Below are positions 8,515-18,530 of a stretch of 20,000 nucleotides of DNA, one piece after another. Below the pieces are notes generated by a model. That model did no database searches. It was not told the origin of the DNA and was given only the letters and a program-made list of their open reading frames with translations. The stretch is from Chiloscyllium plagiosum (lineage: Eukaryota): positions 67,772,783 through 67,792,782 of the forward strand of contig NC_057719.1 of NCBI RefSeq assembly GCF_004010195.1. The letters are read 5' to 3'. Numbering within the stretch: position 1 is the stretch's first letter; each line of letters starts with the position of its first letter. A program made the translations under genes and the position numbers.

Positions 8515-11500
8515 TATTTTCATGAAGCTGGAGTCTCCAATTTTATCTGCTTTGCTGGTTTTGCTGTGGACAACCTCACTTCCCAGGCCCCGGGATCCCA
8601 TCAACTGAAAGAATGTCAGCTCATTTTCAAGAAAAGCATTTATAGCACTTCATGGATGAGCAGGAGAAACAAGAGAGCTTCTCCCCTTTCGCTGAGGCTC
8701 TGCACAACCCCCATCAGAAGCCCACACATATCTGAACCACACTACCATCCAAACGTTAAAGAATAAAAACATGATCTGCACTCCTACCATGAGATTCCCA
8801 ACACCGCTGATTGTTGGTTGAGCCTGCCTCCATGTAAGGATTAGATCTGACTTTTTGCTTCAGTGGCATTGTTCCAGAGGTCTCCCCGCCCACTAGAAAC
8901 CAACCCTGTCAATAAAAGTTGTCCTCTGGCTGGAGAATAAGAAAAGACAAACTTCGTGCGTTAGAAGGAAACGCCAACTTCTGGTTTCTCATCACAAACA
9001 CCAGTATTTCAATTATATAACCCACCTCTGCAAATATCCAGGCCTCACAGATCCATACTTCCACTTTAAAATGGCCATGTGGACACAAGATAGCCCTTCT
9101 TTCATTTAGCATTTGTGATTAATTCTGACGCCTGGGGGTACAAGGAGTTTGAAGTACTGGCATTGTAAGCATGCAGAATAGGAAGGCAAGTGATACGCTC
9201 CGAGAGACTTTTAAAAAGCTTCCCATGAGATTTGTCAATTTCAGGCACAAGCCAGTGAAATGTGCAGAAGAACAATGAAAAGGGACAGCAATTACAAGCT
9301 GGGTGTAAAGAGAAGCTAGTTTATATACACAGGCGTTCATGGAAATTGGTCTGCGCAGAATTTTATAGGAGTCTTTTTCTCCAAACATTACAGAATAACC
9401 ACTTTAAAATCGCGAAGCAAGACCCTATCAATTCATCAATATTGTCTCAGCAAACTGTTATCTTCCCTCAAAATTAGGCAATGAACAGTATAATTTTATA
9501 GGCTTAGCTGCTGACAATTTGCTTGCGGAAAGCATCGTGACAATGCACAAACCAAATTTAGCCACTTTAGTTCAGTTATTCAGACAGAGTGGATGTCTAG
9601 ACATATAAATGCCCATAGCTATAACCATAGCACCTGATGCCAGCACTGTGGTGTATGTCACAGGAGTGTTCCATGCTTTGTGCAGAGCAGTACATGAGCT
9701 TTTAACTTGTGTTGATTCTTTGGTGATTCATTCGAGGGGGTGAGTTACCAAGCAGAGGTCAGAAGCTTCCTCACAAAATAAGGAAGAAATAAGAACCAAG
9801 AGTTCTCAAGGACAACTAGGGATAAGCAATAAAAGCTGGCCCAGGCAGTGTCTCATGAGCAAATAAAAAAAGCAAGCTGATGTAGCTACAGTTGTACATC
9901 TCCTAGGAGTTAATGCAAAAGGATTGCAAGAAGATGGCCTGCACGTACAGCCAAATAGTTGTTCAAAGCCAAAGAAAATAGACAGTAACATAAAGAACTT
10001 CAAAAAATGGAAGGGATCAAAAGTACGCATTTGATTTAGCATTGGGAATATTTGATTGTATTTTATATCTTAACTGTGCTGCATGATTAATTTTTCTTAA
10101 ATCTTTCTCCAGTTTTAAGTAATTCTTTCTGGGATTGTGGAGGAGTGCAGTATGAGAAAGAGTTAGAGTTTTCCAAATCTCAGATTAGTCAGTTTTTAAA
10201 TCCAGTATCAACACTGCAGATAAAGCTGAGTTAAAACATTCTGAACATTGAAAGAATTAAAGCAGATACTAATTTTGCTGAATGTGAATTATTGTCCGAC
10301 ATTTAAGGAAAGCATCAGTGTCTTGTATTTTGTCATATTTAGACTTAATAGGACCACTAAGGGTAAACACACAGTACATTTATATGTCTTAAAGCACTCA
10401 ATATTCATTGGAAGACTGGAATCCCTCTCATGACTACAGTCTGAACTACCATTACAGTACTTAGACATTAAATGGCATCTGCAACATCATGTTGAGTCCA
10501 CAAGTGTGCCAAAGATATACATCTCCATTTCTTTGTTGGAAAGAATGGGCTCCAAGATCAGTATAAAATACTGGACCAAGTTGGTCTTACCCTTTGGTAC
10601 TTGCTGCAGACTTTCTATAATGCTTTCAAAAGCACAAAGCATACTGTTCCACACACCCTGTATTCTATTCTTAATATATGCAGTATGGCAGTGGCAAATA
10701 TTTGTACATATTTCTGGGTAGCAAATGACTAAGTGAAAGGCTGATTTTGGATTTGGAAACTCAGTGAAATGCAATTGAACTTTGACCCCACTATATAGAA
10801 AACAGTCATAAAACCATCCTAAGAATCATTTGACATTTTGACAGCCAATGTTACTTTTGTGCTATCTATCTTGGGGTGAAAAATTGCCTATCATTATCTT
10901 GCTATTTACATATATCTCTGAACTGTATCTAGATCATAATCACAACTGTTTGATAGCTTAAAACATAGCCTAAAAACTGTATTGTCTCCCTTCCTATTCC
11001 TTAAGTACACCCACATTGATTTTATACAACTGCCACAGCATTTTATTCTAGCATTGTGATAGGATCCTTTGTGTTGTTACACCTTTCTTTTTACTTCCTT
11101 GTCTCCTGAAAATGTTATCACAAACATTCATTACCCCTTCTGTCCAAATCTCAGTTAAAGCTTCTGTATCATTTTCCATAGTCATAACTTCTAACTGTAC
11201 AAGTTTGGTTTGATCATGCGTGTTCACATACTCCAATTTTTTTCAACAATGTAATCTGATAAAAATTAGTAAAGAGTTTTGCCTTGCACTGATCAGGACA
11301 TACAGAAAAATACCAAATTTCAACTGATCACAACAATTTATACTAAAGGAGAAATGGGTGCTGATTAGCTGGTGCATTGAGTCTAACGGCAGAAGTGTTA
11401 CCATGGAGAAAGAAACAGGGTAGTACAAGGTCCTCAATCTCATGAGGCTGTGGAGAGGGCAAACTCTGCATGATACCCAGTCCCACTTTTGAATCTTATA

Positions 11501-11670
11501 TGTTTCTGAACAGTGACAGGAGGTTGTTTAGCATGCCAGCCAGTGTGCCCAGCATTTCAGTGTCCATGTCGATCAAAGTCCTCATCTATGTCCCTCACCT
11601 ATGATATTGTCCTCTGGTGAGTTGATCATTAAGCATCCTTGCCTAAGATCTGGCTGCAGCCCACTCATGC

Positions 11671-11950
11671 CTGGGGACCCTGGATTCGAATCTGCTATGG
11701 CAATTGATTGAATTTGAAATCAAAAATCTGGAATTAAGAGTCTAATGATGATTATGAAACCATTGTCAATTATTGGATAAATCCATCTGGTTCACTAATG
11801 TCCTTGAGGGAAGGAAATTCTTACCTGGTATGGACTACATTTGACTCCAGACCCTCAGCAACGTGATTGAATCTTCACTGTAGTAAGGACTGGGCAATAA
11901 ATGCTGGTCTAGACATTATTGCCCACAATCCTGTGAATGAATTTTTAAAA
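11671..11950 (+). mobile_element. tRNA-derived SINE (5'-truncated head, body and tail)
   Basis: B-box-like ggattcgaatc, body ccatctggttcactaatgtcc..ggaaggaaa, and tail gggcaataaatgctgg...gaatgaatttttaaaa. Homologous to 19-110 and 717-772. Confidence 0.8.
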
Positions 11951-11959
11951 CACTCAGTT

Positions 11960-14370
11960 ATATGGTCTGTCTCAAGATATGTCCAGACACATTGTCGAAG
12001 GAACATTTTGAGCCTTATAGGGGTTCAAGAAAATCAAAATTACCTCGACAGAAGGAAATTACTTGTCAGATTCTGAGGTTGATCTATCACAAAATATAAA
12101 GAAACATACCATTGTTTTTAATGGGGATCTGGGAAGCATGGTAAAGCTCTCTGTCAAATTGAAAATCAAGGATGAGAATCAAACAAAATGTTACAAAGCA
12201 AATTCAGTGCTTTATGTAATCAGATAAAAGGTCAAGGTAGAACTAGAGAGGCTGGTTAAGTCCTTGAACATGCAAATATGTGTGATTGGGCCATGTCTAT
12301 CATATCAGTAATGAAAAAAGATGGATCAGGATGCATCTGCTGTAATTTTAAGGTCACTCTTAATGCAATGCCGTGTGCTGAGTAATATTCTTTACCATTA
12401 ATCAATGACCTGTTTGCTGGACTAGTTTAGCTTTTCAGTAAAATTGACCTTAGTCAACCCTATCTCCAGATGGATGTAGATTATGATTTGATGGCTGTAA
12501 CACATCAGGATTACTCTAACATAAGGGTCTTCCATTTGGAGCCACACATTCACCTGCATCATTCCCACATATCTTAAATCAGATTTTCAGTGGATTGGAA
12601 GGAGTTGATATTTTAGTGATGGGAAAAAATGACAAAGAGCTTCTTCATAAGTTTGATACCACTTTGGAGAGACTTGAAGATTGTGGCCCAAGAGTAAGAA
12701 GAGACAAATATGATTTTTTTTAAGTCTTCCATCAAATATTTAAGCCACATCATTGATGCTAAGGGACTGTACAAGTCACCCTTAAAAGTAAAAGCCATAA
12801 CTGAAGCACTAACACCTAAAAATGTAAACTATCATTTTTGGACTTGCTAAATTAAAATGGCAAGTTTGTCCCAAATCTTGCAACTGTTGCTCAATTTATT
12901 GCACTAAAACATGAATTGGAAATGCGAAGATTAAAGTGAAAGAGTCTTTACGCAAGCTAAAGAGGTCTTATTAAAGTCAGAAATCCTGACCCCTTTTGAA
13001 GCAAAGTTACCATTGTAACTAGCATCTCTCTTTGGAGTTAGATTAATCATTTCTCACATGTTACTCAATTATGAAGGGAAGCCAATAGCTTTGCACCAAG
13101 ATCATTAAACAAAAACAGAAATGAACTATACACAGAGAAAGAAATGTTTGGCATAATGTTTGGCTTTAGATGATTTCATCAATACCTGCATAGTTGGAAA
13201 TTTACCCTAATAACAGACTCCAAACCACAATATTTGGGCCTCATACAGGAATACCTTATCTAGCAGTGAGCCATATACAAAGGTGGGCATTGTTGTTATC
13301 AGCTCGACTCATACAATTAAATATTAGCAATCATACTTACATGGGAATTCTGATGGGCTCCCTATCTTTGCCCAATGAGTCAAACTACAAACAGACCTTA
13401 TATTTAAAACAAGTAGCAAACTCTCTAGCAACAGAGGGCCAATTAAGAAGGCAACTAGGAATGATCTACTGTTTTAAAAGTGATAGACATGGTACTTTGT
13501 GGCAAGGTCAGCGGAACAAGCCCAGAATTGAAACTACATGACACACAAAAACTAGAACTATCCATACAAGCAGGATGTCTCCTATGGGGATTGAAGGTTA
13601 CCATTCCACCGCAGCTAAGGAGGCGTGTGTTATGTCATATACAAGACCATTGATGTGGTTTTGCCAGAATGAAGAGAATGAAGATAGCCAGAAGTTATTT
13701 TTGGCGGCCAGCATTCAACTCCAAATTTGAGGAGAAGGCAGGAATATGAGGAGCTTACATAAGACTTTGCAACCTACCTTCATTAGTGCCATTACTATTC
13801 CAGCGTAACAGCTAGAAAGGCCATAGCAAAAAATCCAAATTGACTTTATAAACCTTTTGAAGAACAAATGCTTTCATAGTGGTTGATGTAAATACTAATG
13901 GCCTGAAGTTGCCATCATGAAGACAGCACCTTCAAACAAAACCATTGAAGGATTGAGGGAGGTCCTTGTGCCATTTGGTTACCTTGAGCAACTTGTAAAT
14001 GATAATGGTCCACATTTTACATCACAAGAGTTTACAGACTATCTGAAGCAGAATAGAATTCAACATATCCAATCAGCTCCTGGTAATCCAGCCACAAATG
14101 GTTTGACAGAAAAGTTCAGACAGTGAAACATTCCTTAAAGGTAAGTTGAGAACAAGGTTCACTAACCAAAAGACTGAGCCAACTTCTGTTAACATATCGG
14201 AACACAACCCACTCAACAACTCAAAGTTCTCCAGCGTTGCTCATGGTAAAGCATCAGTTGTGGATGGTATTTGATTTGCTGAGACCACCCATGACAAAAG
14301 GAAACAACCAAATCAGGTTTTTTTAATGAGAGACCAAGGAAACAAATGTCACATTTTCCAAAGTATGGCT
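11960..14370 (+). mobile_element. Heavily decayed Ty3/Gypsy LTR-retrotransposon pol (RT, RNase H, integrase)
   Basis: Motifs include VMKKDGS..IC..FKVTLN, LPLINDLFAGL, FSKIDLSQPYLQ, GV-DILVMG (YxD deleted near 12605), IKYLSHIIDAKGL, SHIQRWALLLSA and integrase LVNDNGPHFTSQEFTDYLKQNRIQHIQSAPGNPATNGLTEK. There are many stops and frameshifts, and no LTRs were identified. Confidence 0.9.
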
Positions 14371-14397
14371 GAGGAATTACACCACTGGGGAGTGGGG

Positions 14398-14670
14398 ATG
14401 GGACATGATTGAGATACATAAGATTATGAGGGCAGGATGAATAGAGCAGCTTTTAAGGGTATAGTTTTAGGACAAGGGACAGGAGATTCAGAGGGTATTT
14501 AAGAGAAAAGCTTTTTCACTCAGCAGGTGGTTGGAACCTGGAATGCACTGCCTGAGAAGGTAGTGGAGGCCGGAAAACCTACAACCTTTAAAAAATATTT
14601 GGATGAGCACTTCAAATATCATAACATTCAAGGATATGGGACAAGTTATGGAAATTTAGATTAGTGTGCC
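14398..14670 (+). mobile_element. CR1-type LINE 3' fragment
   Basis: Encodes GDMIEIHKIM and FTQQVVGTWNALPEKVVEAG..TTFKKYLDEH. Confidence 0.85.
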
Positions 14671-14699
14671 TATAATGGAAAATTAACAAAATTAACATT

Positions 14700-15113
14700 T
14701 ACACTGAAATCCATTTACTCTGAAATCTGAAAGAGAATGCTTTACTAAATTTAAAACTTTTCTGACACTTTGCATCTTTGCTGAAGTCTGCAGCCGAGGG
14801 ACAGCTTGTCTCTGCGGAACTTTGTAAACATTCAAACTGGCCTTGTGAGCAGTCGATTTCCGATTTGAGCAAGGAAAACATGAAGACAGTTATGTCCACA
14901 GCAAAGGAATGGAAAAAACAAGGACTCGAATGTTCCCAACCTTTGTCCTTGAGTGGGTGATAAGAATGGTATAAGAAGAATATGTTAATCTGGTTCAAAG
15001 CCCTTACACGAGGCATTTCTGCCAAGTGCTTTGGCCCTGCATGCAGTTTTTAATAAAGCTTTTTCTTTGCTCTTGCTAGCATCTGAGTCAAGTCAGATCA
15101 ATTTCCACGATAG
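14700..15113 (+). repeat. Putative 5' LTR of the ERV (boundaries approximate)
   Basis: TATA-like tataag at 14970-14975 and AATAAA at 15052-15057, directly upstream of the PBS. The second LTR is not in the window. Confidence 0.55.
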
Positions 15114-15119
15114 TAGACT

Positions 15120-15137
15120 TGGGGGCTTGTCCGGGAT
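15120..15137 (+). promoter_or_regulatory. Primer binding site complementary to the tRNA-Pro 3' end
   Basis: TGGGGGCTTGTCCGGGAT matches 17/18 to the canonical PBS-Pro TGGGGGCTCGTCCGGGAT; the single mismatch is CpG>TpG. Confidence 0.93.
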
Positions 15138-15667
15138 CCCGAGACTGGGTGAGATTCTGAGGATTCCCAAGAGGTGCAGGCACCAGCGCCTTGAAGGTCT
15201 TTCACTTCATCTCGAATGCTGAATTGGGCCGTTTGTGTGAGAGGACTGGGAATCTGTGGATCGCCCCAGCGCCGGCGTCTGAACTGAATAGGATCAGGAT
15301 AAGAGTCGTGGCTTAAGTAATCCTACATAGAGACTCATCCTAAGAGAATAAATGAATCAGGAAGAGAGTTCAGTGAACTCTCACACGGTATTCGTGCAAA
15401 ACTCAAGGGAAAGGATTGCCATCACTAGAGTGGTTAAGAGACAGCAAGTTTAAGGGTGGTTTTAGACTTGGAACCACCACTGGCTGAGTAGGACTCGCCA
15501 AAGACTTACCAGGTACATGGTTTCTTGGTTTACAAAAACCAAGGCATTGAGGTGGATGCGCCCAATGCAAGTGGGGACGTCCAGAGGTAAAAACAAGTCA
15601 AAGCGAAAAAAGATAACGGTACCACGACAGAGAGAGAGAGTTGAACACTTTTCCAGTAACACTGAAA

Positions 15668-17246
15668 ATGGGCTCCAGCCAGAGCAAACAAAAAGAGGGC
15701 CCACAGAGGAATTGGAATGGTCAACCAAAAATACAGTACATGTTGAATAAATACGGCCCAGAGTCTGTAAAGCAGTTAGAATTGTGGATTAAGGAATGTG
15801 GTTTTCCGGAGGGAGGAAGTAAAAGGCAGTTGGAAGTATTGAGGTCGAGGTTGGAGGAGAGAGAGAAGGAGAAACGGAAGTGGAAAATAGAACCTGTGAA
15901 TTGGAGTGCTTACAACATGTGGAAGGCTGAGGCTGATATTAGGGAAAGGAAATCTCAAGTAAAAGACAGATCAAATTTGTCATACAAACACTAGAGCACA
16001 CACAGATGCATGTGGAAACAACCTAACGAAGCTGTACAGTGTCTTAAGTCTGTTCCAGATCTTGACCTTGATGACTGCCCTCCGAGACCTGCAGCCCCCA
16101 CTACGTGATCCGCCTGGCAAAGATTCCAAGTCAGCGGCTGCCGCCTCAGGGTCTGATGGATCACTGGTAGCAAATCGTACCCCCAACCAATTGAAGCAAG
16201 GAGCCCAAAATGACAATGGCCTCTCCGAGACGGAAAGGCATCCAGGATCTGTCTGTAATCACCCCACAATGGATGATGAGTCAGACGGTGAGGATTTTGG
16301 CGTACGATCATCTAACCAGGTAGTTCTGCAAGCACCAATGGTTGAAGTTGCAGGTCCAGATGGGCATCCAGTGCTGGTCCACAAACCATGGACCATGAAG
16401 GATTTGGAAAGTGCCTATGGGCAGTTGCCTGACCCACGCGAGGTTGGAGGTAATAAGTTCGCCGAAGAAGTGACAAAGTTCTGTACCGAGTTCCATCCCA
16501 CATCACATGAGATGAGACATCTCCTGGGACAAAGACTGGGCGCCGATGTCACCAAAATCAAGTATAGATGGCTAGCCGTAAATGTCCATGCCAGATCAAC
16601 CGACCCGCAAACAGAAGAGAATGGAGACTTTAATGCTTTTGTTGCAGCGCTGGCGACCGCCTGTCGGGAGGCATTCCCAGTGTGAATGGACATGACCAAA
16701 ATAGCAATGGGTAAACAACAAGAAGGTGAGACAGTGTCCCAGTACCTTACACGCCTCACTGAAGTCCATAATGCCCATAGTGGACTGAGACCACCCGATG
16801 ACATAACGGCGGCAGAAATCACGCCGTATGAAGCACACCTGAGGAACAGCTCCATCGATGGAATGAAAGACGAAATAGCGAAAAAGATAAAGGACATATG
16901 TATGGGACACGGGAAAGTTGAACTTGATAGAACAGCACGCGATACATGCTGAAAAATTGCTTACCCAAGAGAAGGATGAGTGGAAACTAAAGATGGAACA
17001 GCAAGCACTTAAAGCTCAACGTACTAAGATACAAATGGTCACCCAGCCATTGGAGGGAGGTGCTGCGCGAAAAGACAGAGGCAGAGGTGGAGGTCGTGGA
17101 AGAGGAAGAGGAAGGGTCGCAGAAGAGGCGCGGGCAGAGGTATATCTGGTGGGTGCTTTGATTGTGGAGCAATGGACCACTGGGTGAGACGGTGCCCACA
17201 CAGACAGCCTCAATCAGCCCTGGAAGCTGAACAACAGGGTGACTGA
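15668..17246 (+). pseudogene. gag: ERV gag (disrupted)
   Basis: MGSSQSK myristoylation motif at 15668, matrix-like W..ECGFPEGG, capsid HKPWT..DL...LPDP, MHR-like QQEGETVSQYLTRL, an RG-rich stretch, zinc knuckle CFDCGAMDHWVRRC (17154-17195) and stop GAC-TGA-C at 17244-17246. Internal stops occur at 15992 and 16683, plus frameshifts. Confidence 0.9.
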
Positions 17247-17439
17247 CAGGGGAAAGACTGAGGTGGAGGTGGGCAGCCCGCAAGGTACAGGTAAGCCTCT
17301 TTCCTTTATGCTTGGCAATGAAGACTCACTTATGCTAATCTCTTCTACTAACCTTACGGGCACTGAGACATGTCCCACCTCTATGTTGAGTGCTGAGATT
17401 GTGAAGTGTGGACAGTATGTTCAATATCACAATGCGTAT

Positions 17440-17780
17440 AAGTCGATGCCCACCTCTATGTTATATGTGGAAAGTACACCAGTTATCTTTTTGGTAGATA
17501 CAGGAGCAACATACTCAGTCCTTAAATTAAGTCAGTTTAGACAAGCGACACAACTATAGATGATTGGAAGGTTCCTGAACACAATGGGTGCATCAGAAGT
17601 CGTGGTGCAAGAGAGATTTTCCGCACCCCTGTTGTGCGAAACTAGCAATGGGGAAACATTCCAATTCTCATTTTTGTTATCGGACTTCTGGCCTTTAAAT
17701 CTAATGAGTCGGGATCTCAGAGGGAGACTGGGGTTGGGTTTGCTCAGTACCCCGACGGGCTTGCAAGTAATTCACAAGGA
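17440..17780 (+). pseudogene. pro: ERV aspartic protease (in-frame stop at 17557)
   Basis: Active site FLVDTGATYSVL (D at 17497) and C-terminal PLNLMSRDL..RLG (decayed NLLGRD). Confidence 0.9.
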
Positions 17781-17822
17781 AGATTTACCTTGCAGGCTGT
17801 AAAATACAACCCATGACCTCTG

Positions 17823-18290
17823 ATGTATGTCTATGAGTGGCGATTAAGCCAGAGAGCAATAGGTTCAATGAGTAATTCACTCGCCCTGGAAGCAAGTAAC
17901 CATGTTAATCTTATTAACACTGATTTTCTTATTGGGTACATGCTGCACTGCACAGCGCACATACACCACGATGGCCCTGACGAATCGGATGAGAAGGATT
18001 GGTTTAGGAGATTGGTTAAACCAGATCAGTTGTTATTGTGTGAATTTTATTGGAATGATCACAGGTGTGCAGTCAGTGTGAACTTATCTAAAGTATCTGT
18101 AATAGCTCATAGGCCCTATCTTTTTGATGTGGAAGGCTTTTTTCCTCACGTGTCACTGGCGAAGGCGTCTAGCGACAGGTGGCAGGATTTAGGACCATGG
18201 GTGCGAAAGGCACAAAGAACGGAAGGGTCTTCAGGGATGATGTGGGTATCTGGTTCACTGCAGATATGCGAACATATAGGAAGAAACTAA
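17823..18290 (+). pseudogene. 2H phosphoesterase-like domain within the ERV pol polyprotein
   Basis: Two h-H-x-[T/S]-h motifs, LHCTA (H at 17946) and PHVSL (H at 18147), lie 67 residues apart in one open frame between protease and RT. Confidence 0.75.
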
Positions 18291-18384
18291 ATTGGCTAAC
18301 TCAGGCAGATAGGGCAGTCGAGGTAAACCCCACTAGCCCTGAAGAGCCTAGGAGGGTAGTCTGGTGGTTCCCTAAGGTAGAAGA

Positions 18385-18530
18385 CTCAGACCCAAGATTA
18401 AAAACGGTCCCTACTGAGTTGTGGGCAAAGGGCAAACATGATGTGGGGCTCATATGGGGCTGTGAACCCATAAGGATAGCCCCGAAGTCTGAGTATCATC
18501 CTTGCAGAGCACAATACCCGTTAAAACCGG
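18385..18530 (+). pseudogene. pol: ERV reverse transcriptase N-terminus, truncated by a LINE insertion
   Basis: LKTVPTELWAKGKHDVGLIWGCEPIRIAPKSEYHPCRAQYPLKP fits the class I retroviral RT start (W....VG....P..I..K...P...QYPL). Confidence 0.85.

Larger units (their letters stand above)
14700..18530 (+). mobile_element. Endogenous retrovirus (class I, gamma/epsilon-like), 5' half, defective
   Basis: The order is LTR-like region, PBS-Pro, leader, myristoylated Gag with MHR and one CCHC knuckle, DTG protease, 2H-like domain, then RT N-terminus. The left boundary is approximate. Confidence 0.92.

Noticed and set aside
9744..10034. Lysine-rich plus-strand frame ending near a gtacgc donor-like site
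   Set aside because: It has an internal TAA, no convincing acceptor and no recognisable homology.
14699..15025. 108-aa minus-strand ORF
   Set aside because: It lies within the putative LTR and shows no protein features.
16308..17283. Antisense ORFs (up to 160 aa) over gag
   Set aside because: These are expected shadows of a coding strand and have no independent motifs.
11960..18530. Gypsy pol and ERV gag as one element
   Set aside because: The order is wrong (pol before LTR and gag), the levels of decay differ, a CR1 fragment separates them, and the ERV has its own protease and RT.
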